Below, piece by piece: positions 49,859 through 61,436 of a stretch of DNA of 64,000 nucleotides. The stretch is from Klebsormidium nitens (taxonomy: Eukaryota > Plantae > Klebsormidiophyceae). Numbering within the stretch: position 1 is the stretch's first letter; each line of letters starts with the position of its first letter. The stretch is taken from contig DF237387.1 of assembly GCA_000708835.1 (NCBI GenBank), positions 1-64,000 on the forward strand. Reading direction: 5' to 3'. Under the pieces are notes generated by a model. The model worked only from the letters and a program-made list of their open reading frames with translations. It did no database searches and had not been told where the DNA came from. A program made the position numbers and the translations under genes.

Positions 49859-52800
49859 TTACGCCCCGTTCTGCTTCGTTTCCGTGCTCGCCCCCTCCAG
49901 CTTCCTCAGAAACTCCAACGTCTTAGTGTACGCAACATCTTGCCGGTTCAGCGGCTTGCACGCGTTCACGTGATCAGTCCCTCTGAGCACAATGAGATCC
50001 CCAAAGCCCGGATAGGCTGACTCTATTGGCACCACTTCCATGCGCAGCTTCACGCCGCCGTACGCCTCCACGACGGGGGTCACCTTATCCTCGCTGAAGT
50101 TGATGACGTCCACCTGGCGAACGCGCATTGGACGGCGGGTTAGGCAAGCAACCTCCGGTTAGGTTCCAAACCTCTGCTCTGACTTCTGCATGACGCCTCG
50201 GTTTACGTGCAGACGTGCAGGACCACTCCGAAGGCCCAAAGAAGGAGACGCTTGCGAACCATCTGTTTTGACGTGTATAGGACGCTGAATGCGCGTTAAC
50301 CCGAAAAACCCGGACATCACCCTACAGAGCCGGCTTGCTTACATTACCCTTCAGAAGCCAGTTTGAATGCCGGTTTGTTTGGGGACCGCGAAAACTGCCC
50401 ACCTGAGTTTGAGGCTTAGGACTAGGCTACGGAGTCTGCGTAATCAAGCAATTATGGAGACAAACATGTGTACATCAGTCGGATGCCCTGGGGATCGCCT
50501 CAAGCACTCAACCACTCACCCGGCCCTTCTGGTACTCCTTTTTGAGCAGCTTGTTGAGCTCCTCCAGCCGGGGTGAACCAGACCGCAGCTCGCCGACCTG
50601 CGAGTACCGGATGGGTTTTGCTCACCGAATTTATGCTTGTGCAAACCCTGCTCGAAAATGAGGCACTATCCATGGACAGTTTTCCGGAGATGTAGGGCTG
50701 GGTAGGCAGAAACAGAAGTGAGACGCAGGTGTCTAAGTTGACGTCTCCATCCGAGGCCGGTGGGAGGCCAGTAGAACAAACGGGCACTTGTTGGTGGTCA
50801 GGGAAGAGACGTGAGGATGACGCAAAGAACTAAGGGAAAAGCACACAATTACAGAATGGAGGCGAAACGGAGGTTAAGAACAGAGTTGGAAATAGTAGAA
50901 ACAACATCAATCTTTGAAGTCAACTCACTGCGGCCGCTGGCCGCAGCACGACGCCCATGCGCGAGGGCAGGTCCGCGAGGCGGCTGCCAAAGTGCGGGCA
51001 GCTGTAGAACACGATCCCCCGGATCCGCTCCCCGAGCGCCCGGTACTTCTCCTCCGACCGCACCAGCTGCAGCATCTGCTTCGCAACCAGGCCCCCCAGC
51101 GAGTGCGTCACAAAAATCACCGGGCGCTCGCCAACCCCGGCCGCGAGCAACTTTTCCAATAAGTGCGCGCTTAACTCTTGCAATGGGAGGGTGGCCCCCG
51201 ACCACTCAGTCAGGTTGGTTTTGTACTCGGTGGACAGCAACCGGGCGGAAGGCAAGTCTTTCGCGAGCCAGTCGGTGGGCCAGCAGCCGTCGCCCTCGCG
51301 CGGCCGGTCCTCTTCCCGGAGGTCTTCTACCACCCCCCCGGCTTTGATCGCACTCGTTTTGTCGTCCGTCATGCGCCAGGTTTTGTACGCGCCCCCCATG
51401 AGGCCGTGGATGAAAACCACGTCGAGTGCCGGCTCGGAGATCAACGGTTCAGGGCAATCCCCCTTTTCCGGGGGGTGGGGGAGCTGTACGGGGCTAGATC
51501 GGGCGCCGCTTGCGCCGTCGACCTGACCCTCTCCCGCTCTAGTTGCCGCTGAGTGCATGCTAGCCGGCGCGTTAGGCAACAGCTTCTCTACTCCTACTTT
51601 GACCGCTACTTTTTGCCGTGACGTGACCTCGCCCTGTCTGTCCGAAAACTCCTGCAGCACCTCGCGGACACTGTCCGCTGTATCACCCGGCTGATCATTC
51701 CCAGTGGCAGCGTCCGGTTTACTTACTCCCTCACTTGTTCCGCTCTTTCCGTTTCGTTCAGTTGCGTCGCCCTTACTATGCTGCGCACCAACTGCTCCGC
51801 TTCCCTCAGAGGCTATCCCCTCTTCCGCTTGTTCCGACGCTCCCACGCTCTCAGTTCCGAGCGACTCTTCTCCCTTCCCTTCGCCTATGACCGTCGCCGC
51901 TGGGTGCACCAATCCGGGCACTTCGCCCTCGCTCTCCTGCCCACTTTCTGCCTCCCCTTGGCCTGCGCTTCCTACTGGGACCTTCGCGCTCGCCGCTCTT
52001 CCACCGTTCGAAACTTCCCTCTCACTCGAAGCCCCCTTCAAAGCTCCGCCCTCCCTAGCTTCCTCAACTTTCGCTGCTTCGCCCGTTCCATTCGAACCCA
52101 GATCCGTTACTCCGGCCGATTCGTTCGCAATCTGACCTCTCGACCCTCCACTCAAGCACGTGCGAAAGTGCGGGGCGGTCGGATCAAGCAGGTAGATTCC
52201 GTCAAGGTATCGAGGCCAAGGTTTCAGTTCCAGCCCCTCCCCCTCTCCCGTCCCGCACCGCTTCCAAAACGCGAGGTGCAACAGCGTCTCCTTCGCAAAA
52301 CTCCGCAGTTTCAGATCGCCTTTCTGGGCTGCCACCCGCCCGTCGGCGACCTCTTCCAGCCAGTTCACCAGCGCCTGGTCGCCCCCAAGAAGCGCCCCCA
52401 ACTGCGGATGAATCGACAAATTTGCCAGAACTCGCAGCGCATGACGCTTCACATACGGCCGTTTCTGCTTCGGCGGCTTCGCGGGCGCTTTCCCGTTCTC
52501 CTTCGTCACCCCCGCGCCCTCGCGCGCGCTCTGCCACTGCTGCGTTGACACCGTCGCGCCGAAGTGGGCCGATCTCAGAAACTGTGTCAAGAGCGCGTAA
52601 CCCCCCGCGTCCAGCACGCGCCGCTGCCGCGCGCCGTCCTCGGCGATCACCTCCGCCAGCGCTTTCAAAGCGTTCGACACCGCGAGCAAAACGTCCGCTT
52701 CGGCGACCGGCTTCGGCGGGCCCTTCCTGCCGCCCCCGAACGAAAACCACCCGCGCTTCTCCGGCGCCACGTCAGCTGCCACGTCAGCACCAACCGTCAC

Positions 52801-55800
52801 CGCCTGCTGGGCCATAACTTTCTCTAGCTGGTCGAGCGCGGACTTCGCAGCAACCACCGCTTGGTTCTGCAACACTCCGTGTGCGTCCGTCGGTTTCGGG
52901 CCCGCTTTTTTGGCGTCGTTACCGACAAGCGATAACAGAGTCGCCAGCCATGCCTCCATTAGTAGTTTCCCGTCGGGTCCAAGCGCATCGATGCTCAATT
53001 GAAGGGTCGCAGTAGCGGACGCACGGACGTCGGGGGGGCTCGCAGGATGCGACGTCCACTTGAGGAAGATCTGCGGAGAGGCGTAAACGGTTGGTAAGCT
53101 GTGCTCAAATCAGCCGCGTATGAGAGACAATCGTCGATGGTCATCTGTTTCTTGAGATCCATGAGAATTCGACGTAAGTGCTCCCTTCTCGTGAGAAGCA
53201 GAAGCCCTTACTCACCTTCGAGGAAACACGAGATCGTTGGACTGCATGAAGGGTCTCTCGGCGACTATACAGGGCGGATCATCAGTACGCTTGATGGGGC
53301 CACAGTCGACCAAACACTAACACTAGCCAGTGGCTATCTTCGCAGACCGCAGCCTCCAGCGGCGATCCAATCCGGTTGCACCGCCCTTCTCTTCTCTCCA
53401 GCCCCGCACAGAAGAACAAGTACAACTGTCACGACACACATGACATCTCACCGGGATCCAAAGCTTCAGCTCGTCCTTGTCCACGTCCCCCTCCCTCGTC
53501 AGCAGCTCCAGCAGCCCCGCCAGAGGCCGCTGCACGGCGCCCCCCAGGCGCTCGTCGGCCGCCAGCCGCCGCAAAACCCCCAAACCCTGCGCGCCCAGCC
53601 ACCCGCGGCTCTCGGGGCTCCGGTTGGCGCACGCGCCGAGCGCTCGAACGCCCGTAGACGCCAGGGCGGAGATGCCCCCCGGGGAGAGGCGGCTCGGGAG
53701 GGCGGGGTCGTGGAAGAGAGTGCCGGCCAGCATGCCAAGGAGAGGGGGGGTCCACGTGGCAGCCGCGCCTTCGGCCCTGGATGAGGGGGTGGAAAGAATT
53801 GGTGATTTGAAGGAATCCAGGCAGTCTTTCCTTGCATGAAACCAAAGAAGTTCCAACGGCAAGTCCTTGGAAAAGGTAGCCCTCACCACCTGTGCTATAA
53901 AGTTCAAAGACCTACGAAAGATCAAGCGGAGAGGGTTACGCTTTATCAGGAATGTGGTGAAGGATAACGCGTGACCAAGTCGGGCAAGATTATACCTGAC
54001 ACCAAGCACCTATTGTTAAACGCTTCTTGATCCCTTGGTTTCTTTATAGACCGGAATACACGAATTATCAAAACCTTTGATGATGCAATTCTCACGTCCG
54101 CAGGGATCACCAACGATCCTGCTAAAGCCATATCGAGCAAGAACTAATTATGTCGTCGTTCAATCTGGAAATGATGGGTCTTTCGACTCAGGCGCTCTCC
54201 TTCAATGCAACAAACAGAAGGCTTGCTTACCACTCCGTCTGGTCTTTCGCAAGCTCCTCGATCGCCCTCGCCGCATGAAACTGCACGCTCGGATCGGGGT
54301 GCCTCAGCGCAGCTTCGAGCGCTCCCCCATCGCCGTCCAGGCACGCAATCTGCTCCCTGTTTTTCGGCGACCCCGCTGCCCACGTGGCAACAGCCCACGT
54401 CGCCAGCTGGCCGCCCAGGTTGATCTCGTCCAGGGCGGGGCTGCTCTCGCCCCCCAGTAGGAAACTACCGAGGCCGCTCGGCCCGCTGCGCAAAGGGTGA
54501 TCTCGGCGAACTACACCCGGAATATGATCCGGGATGGTGAATCCTACCTTCCGAGGCGTGCTGTTTACTGCAGACTGTTCTAGCGGTGGTACACTGTCCG
54601 CAAAGACTCCTCTGAACAAGCCGAATGGTTGTTGACTGATGAACAACGGCTGGGAACTTGAAGTAGATGCCTGGGAATGGCTCGATCTCCGCTTCTCGTC
54701 CCCCTGACCGACCGCGGCGCTCCTTTCCGACGAAGGGATCCCTTTCAGGTCGCCTTCTAAAACCTCCCGGCCTGAAGAAGAAACGCGCTCGCTTCCTTCC
54801 CAAGCCCGCTGAACGCCTACGATAGACGTGTCTCCCAAAACCCGGATCCCGATGCCCTGCACTCCGCCGCCGTCCCTTCCGCCCAGGCCCCTCTTCCGCC
54901 GTTCCTCTTCTTCGTCCAAATCCCGCTCAAACGAGCGCATCTCTTGCAACGCCGTGGCGATGTCGTCAGGGTCTGCGTCGGAAGACAGGTGGATGCCACG
55001 TGTCCAGCTGCTGACGTCAGGCCCCGCGACGAGCTTCGCGAGAGAAGCGACCAGAAGCCTCTGGCCGGGGTGGGCGTGGTCGATGTCTTCTAGGTCCTGC
55101 AGAGGGGGTGGAAGCTGAGGATAAGTCGCTGTATGACGGAGAACAAAAGCTAGGCCTCCTTATTCGAGTCTCCATAGCTGCATTTCAGAGCGCTGCGTGT
55201 GTAATCGCTTGCCAATGAATTTGCTTTGTCGACTTCGTCTATGGTAAAAGAAGGGTCACGGAGGACGATTGAGCAGCAGGAGGGATTACTCGAATCGTTC
55301 TTGCCCAGCAGGACGTCTTACGAAGTAGAGCACGACTCTTCAAAGCTTAACGGAAACGGGAACATAATCTGTATGATTGTCGAAGCTCCATCGTCGTCAA
55401 ATGCAAATCCATTCACCGCCCCCTCATTCCTTAGCCCTCAACCCAACAAGATTCTAGCACAACTTATCAACTGAAAGTTCTTAGACGAACTCGAAAATGG
55501 AAGAACCAAACCAAGCCTATCAGAACCAGTCGAAGACATTTCCGCTGAGGTCTCACCTCTTCCAAGTCCCAGTCCCTGGTTGGGGGCAGCATCTGCACCC
55601 GTGGCAACATATCACAATACTTCAACAGCCGCGGCACGGCCCCCCGCTGCGCCAGGACCGCCCCCGCCGTCCTCTTGTCGTCCAAAAAGTAGCCCAAAGC
55701 CCGCGCCGCCTCGTTCCTAACCGCAGGTTCTTCCCGGCTGACCTGCCCCAGTAACCACCGCAGGATCTTCCCCTCCCCAGCGCGCGCGATTGCGTTCCGC

Positions 55801-56792
55801 CGCTCGCGATTCGCTGCAAAGTCAGCGATTAACGCCGCTATGCGAGCCCGTAAAAGCGAGCGCCCCCGACTGTGCACATCCTCCATCTCTTCCAGAGGGC
55901 CCCAGAGCACTGTCACGAGACAGCTCGCGAGCGCCCCCGCAGATGACGTCATTGCCGATGTGGCAGCCGACAGCTCTTCCCATTGCTCGGCGGCTGCGCT
56001 CGAAACCTCGCGAGCGCGGGCCCGGACCTCATGCGCAGCCCCGCGCATGCTTTGGGATGCGGAGCGCATCACCGCCCGAGGGTCCGTGTTCAGAACCTTG
56101 CCAGGTGTCACGTCGCCGTTGGCCACGACGGCTGCCCCCCCGGAGAGAAGAAGCGCGGCCAGAGCGCCGTACAGGAGGGTGCGTCGGGCGCTCTCAGGGG
56201 GACGTTGATGAGGAGGTGTGCTTAACGAGGGGTTTGGAGACGATACAGAGGGGGCGCCGCTGAGATCGGATGAGAGGCCAGGCGTTTCGCTGCTGAGCCC
56301 CCTGAATTCGTGGGCAGAGTGGTCGTTGAGGGGCTGGAAAGGCTGAGCATGACCAAAGTGAAAACGCTGGTCTCTGTCGGTCCTGTAGTGGCGGACGCTG
56401 CCGTGTGCTGGCAAGAGGGCACACTTCAGACCCGAAGGGTGATGCAGCAAGGGGGAAAGAAGTCTGCCGGGAAGTGGCTGTGAGAAGCGACCCCCGCTTT
56501 TTGCCGCTGACGTCTGCTGGCCCCTTGGAGAAAGACTTTCAGCACTCTGAATAAAGGCAGACTCCCTTTTGTCAGAGCCGTTTCCTGTTATGCTCCCGCT
56601 TGCGGCTCTCCGTTGAAGATCAGACTCTCTTTCACACTCCGGACTTGAGGACCTTGCCCCAGCATGCTCTTGCTTGCCCCCCCTGGCCCCTACTCCTAGA
56701 CCTTCATCAGAAGTGCGCCAAACTTGGCCACTTTCTGCAACTGAGTCCCTGCGCTGGGAAAGCTTGCAGAGAACTCGCCTACGCAGGGCCAT
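49859..56792 (-). CDS. SERAC1-like protein (ARM-like repeats + PGAP1/SERAC1-type alpha/beta hydrolase)
   Basis: LDVVFIHGLMGGAYKTWR, CWPTDWLAKDLP, PVIFVTHSLGGLVAKQML (nucleophile elbow), GIVFYSCPHFGS, and terminal VVPIESAYPGFG...TDHVNACKP. The basic N-terminus MALRRRVLCKLSQRR resembles a mitochondrial presequence. Confidence 0.88.
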
Positions 56793-59700
56793 GTTTCAGC
56801 CCAGTCCTCTCACAGCTCTCAGGCAATCATTGCAAGGGCCATGCTTGATTTTCAAACATGGAGTCCTGTCAAATGGTTCATCGACATGGACAGGCCAGAG
56901 GCTCAGAGAGCCCCGCCACCACCAGAGCCGTTCTGCAGGGGGTAAAACAAGAGTTGCATTTCAATCAATCAATCTACCCAGAAGCTGTGGTTAGGAACAG
57001 CGAACAAGTTAACTGCACAAAAGGTTGAACCTTCCGTATTATACACCTGAAAGCCTGAAGGCTGCCCCAAAGTCACGGTGTCTAGTACACTGCATCTGCC
57101 AAGAAACAGGGTAATCAAAACGACCGAACGAAATGACAATCAACAACTTCCTGCATGCGGAGCTTTACCCTCATAGTGGTGGTTCTGAACGACTATAAAT
57201 CGCCGCATCTTTCTGACCTAGAAGATGGCGCTTTCCATCTTGCTCTCAAACTACTCGGAAGAAATCATATTATACATGTGAAGAATGCTGAACTTTTTTA
57301 CTACTCTCTGGATACTTTGCATGGACTCAGTCAGGCACTTCCACAACAATATACATTTCAACAGCTGTCACAACATTGTTGGATGAGAGCTGCACCACTA
57401 ACGATGGCCTGCTGTAAAGCAGACCAGCACCATCTCAAAGGTTTGACTTGGGCCTGTAACAAGTTCTCACCTCTTATATTTCCACAGCGTCACAGCATTC
57501 TGTCAACGAACTGTCCGGCGCTCACGATTCCAAGCAGCTCCCTACAAAACGAACACCCCTGGACTTGCAGCAATGTAGAACATCAATGCAGCTTCTTGAA
57601 CTCCTACAATTTCAAACAAGCTTTGGAAGCTGCTGTGCTGCTTTTTGTTGTGAACAGCCTCTGGCATATTGTGCACTGTCATCAGCTGGAAATTGCAGAC
57701 TCAAGTACACCCGAGGGTGAAGCGGGAACTCCCCGGGTATGAGTTGCCGGGAAAATTAGCCCTTTCGCGGCCCCGGTTACCGTCTCGGGCTTTCGCTTGG
57801 GGGATCCCACATGGGCCTTCCGGCCATACGGTAGTTTTCGTGAAAACATGGGGCGAATCGCTCCGATCGCACGGCTTCGCGGCGAATTTGCGCTCGATCG
57901 CGGAGTTGCCCCGGGCACGCACTTGGTCGACCCGGAGCAGCGGCTACTTCGGGCGACCGTGCTCGGATTAAAGCATGGGTTTTGGTTTACCGGTTGTTAG
58001 AGGAAAATTATAGCCAGAATGAGCAGAATTTAAATCATTTGTGTTGGACGTGCTATATGTGATTTGTCTGAGCGGATTTTTGCGTTTATGGTTACACTGG
58101 CGGTACGTACTGGAGGCTACTGGAGGCTCGTCAGTATCATTCCGTTACCTGAGTCGGTCTGGACCACTAGATTCCAAGGAACGTACCGCGAGAAAAACCC
58201 TAAAGGCTGACACATGTTGGACGTCATCGTTCTTGGTCATTCAGTATACCTCGAAACGTTCAATGCAGCACTGAGAGGAGCAGCTGCGCAATGCCATCCT
58301 GCAGCTGGCCAAATAACCTTTTTGAGGGTGCTCATGATGGGCAATCAGAAATTGCCCGCATTCCTATGCTCCGGCCCGGCGCTCCTGCTGGCTGGCTTGG
58401 TGTTAAACCTACTATCACGATGAATCAATTAGAATGTTTGCACTGTTGTTGATGCACCACTGCTAGCATCATTCCATCGTCACGTGATTGTTACCTCTTG
58501 CTAGACTGGGCAGCTGTGCCTCGGAGAATAGGACCTGTAGAACCTGAGAGAAGCTAGTTAAATGTCCAATGCTGCCCCCTTTGCTGCCCCCTTGGTTGAC
58601 TTTGACCCAAGACAGTACGAGGCAGCGCCAGCCATTGCACTGTCAGGGAACTCCCAGCTGCCAACTCAAAGCTGCCTTTGGCAATGCACCGACCTGTCAA
58701 CCATAGCAAGCGAGAAACCAGACTGGGTTCTCATGCTTTGCAAAGAAGCATACCTGAAAGCTCTTCCAGGTAAGTTGGAGATCAAGGTAAGTTCCAGGAA
58801 GAATGATGCAGTTCAGGAATTGCAGCCAATCTACGCTGGCTTGGGAGCTGAATAGAGCCCCAATTTGGGAATGGCCGCAGGTTTTAGAGATTGATTTAAC
58901 TGTTCTGTCAGGTTGCATCTTTCAGGGAGCCATGGTTTCAGGATGGTGGCTAATTTGAGCTGGGTTCTGCGTGACGACGACGGTTGGCAGGTGGTTTCGC
59001 CCCTTACCAGCTATTTTCCTTCACAAAGCTTCAAGGCGAGGTTCACAGGACACTTGATATTTTCATAAGTGGATTCGCAGATTCAAATGGCCTCGCAGAA
59101 TTCTCTTGATGGTTTTGACAACTGAGCAGCATCGTGCACTTATCAGTCTGCCTTGATGAAAGATGAGCTACGAACAGAGTCCTGCTGCTCATTTCTGCTC
59201 ATTGCCTCTGCACTTTTTTGGTAACTGCAATCCCGAGAGCTTTCTGCAAAGCTAGCTGGCTAGCTCCTTCTGCGCAGCCCTGTGTTCTTGGTCAAGCCCC
59301 AAAACCCCCCCAAAAAATCATCCTCTTGAGGAGACCTTCGTGTTTCAGTCATTCCTTGTACATCTTTCATGTAAAGGACTGCGCCTCTTTGTTGTGTTTC
59401 TTTGTGACAGTCTAGAGTTTGGTCACGTGCAAACGCCCCAAGTGAAGTTGTCTTTGTCTCACAGGTGCTCTTGACTGGGCTACCTCTTCAATGCTTTACT
59501 CCGGATGGTCTACTCTTCACAGCAAAGAGTTGCACTACTTTTGATAGGCTTGCGGCCGGTTCCTTCTACTATGAAACGAGGCGAGGTTCCTTCCAAAAAT
59601 AGACATAAGAAAACCAAACTTCAGCCTGACAACAGGGACTGGGCACACATGATAACAAGTCACGAACCTCTCAATAGGTATGTTGTGTGAATCGGAAAAG

Positions 59701-61436
59701 TAAGGACGGACGCTACAGGGGCATGGGATCGCTCTTGCAAAGTGTTTCATAGCAGAAATTCGAGCGGGCCTTGCATCATCAGAAGATGCTTGCTTTCAAG
59801 TCAGCTTTCCTGGTGACATACCGATTTGCGTTTCCGGTTCTCTCTTTTCTTTGTCTCGTCCCCAAGTTACGAGTTTGTTTGAACTCAAACATCTCAAGAA
59901 ACATCAGGTCACCTGTTTGCTCGAAGGTGATATCGAAGTCAGGAGCCGTAGTTCAAGCTTTATGGACCGTTTGCTTCCTACCGACCAAAGTCGGCAATCG
60001 TGAGAGACTAGACATTTGAGGTTGAAAACTGCCCCCGTTGTGGAGAAGGCTTTGTATGGTGGAGCTGGCGAGGTCGCGGCGCATGGCCGCATCTTTTTCG
60101 AATCTTCGTCATGCAATTCTGTGGTCGCTTGCAGAAATGGGGTCCGACCTCGTGAACGACCAGCCGTTGCAATGCTGCCAACTTGCGAGTCAAAAGTTTG
60201 AAAAGAGGAAGCAAACGCTCGGGAGGTGAGTTTGCTGTATTGCAGCCCGAATTGTTTCAAGCTTGGCTTCAAAGAGTTCAGATTCAAGTCCAGCCATACT
60301 TTTCTTGTTGCCCGCGCTGAAGGGTCCATGCCGGATTGACGGCACACTGAATCACCTTCAACGGTTAAGCGAGTTGATTAGGACTCGGTTCTCATTTGAA
60401 CTCGGCAGTTAGCACGGTGCAGAAGCATGAGATGATGTTCTGCGTTTCCTGTCCGAAGCAAATGTGAAGCTAAAGTACGTACAAAAGAGGATCGACGGTC
60501 ATAGCAAAACAGGGACGCGGGTGCTGCCACCTTGCCCAAAAGGCAGTCCGTTGAACAGGTTGTTAGAGCGCACTTTCTTAGGCTCTCGATCAAAAGTATC
60601 GGGCGGTTGAGCCTTCACGTCTTCGAACACCTGTACCGCATGCGAGCCCCTGATTTCCAGATGGAAAGTGCACTCACCAAAGAACGAAGGTCCCTAAACA
60701 TTGCCACTTTCGTTTTGCAGGAGGATAACAGCCGGCCAAGATTTCTTGGTCTTGACTCCCCATCCCTGCCTTACAAGAGTCGAATTCCCGGCCTATCAAT
60801 TGACCACTTCCATCGTGTAAACAGGATGGTGACTTATATAGGCCAACAATTAAACTTACATATGTAGTTGCAATCGTCACTGCAAGAGTCATGACTGAAG
60901 ATGAAAATCGATTGTCGGACTGCTTCCAAGTACAAGTTTTGACGGTTTCGTTCAGATCAACTTGCCGCGGCCGAGCTTACAGTCGAAACGTCATATGAGC
61001 ATAGTACGTGATTATTGGTGGTACCATGAAACCGAGGCCGTGCCGAGAGCCTCGTGCATATTGACAATGGTCCCTTAGAGGTTTACCCGCGCGGCCGTAT
61101 ATACGCACAGTGCGTACACACGCGCGCATGCCAAGCTGATACGCATTGATCGGCCTGGCCGGCCATACATGCAGCATGTTAGATATATGCATGGTATATC
61201 AAGGCGGGACCGCTTACCGTCAAACATGTCGGAGGGTAATTGATTAATTCAGGGCCCAGGGCCGGGATCGTGCACTCATCATTGCATGGCTTCGATGTTT
61301 CACAACGCGTGGTGTGCACGATTATTGCAGTTGCAATTCCGGGGTGAGTACGGGAGTTGGACACCAGTATATGCTCTCATCATAAGGGCGAAGTAAGTAA
61401 GATAATGTCCATCATACCCAGAATTAATGTTACCAA

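Noticed and set aside
39982-56263. Many long antisense or alternate-frame ORFs over GC-rich exons (e.g. 39982-40836, 51778-52548, 55790-56263, also 13331-14035)
   Set aside because: These are shadow ORFs of GC-rich coding exons with low-complexity R/P/A translations and no motifs.
57800-60900. Possible plus-strand spliced gene divergent from the SERAC1-like gene (e.g. ORF 58562-58770 with GT donor; exon-like 60134-60226)
   Set aside because: Splice-like signals exist, but no phase-consistent ORF or recognisable domain was found; it could be non-coding.
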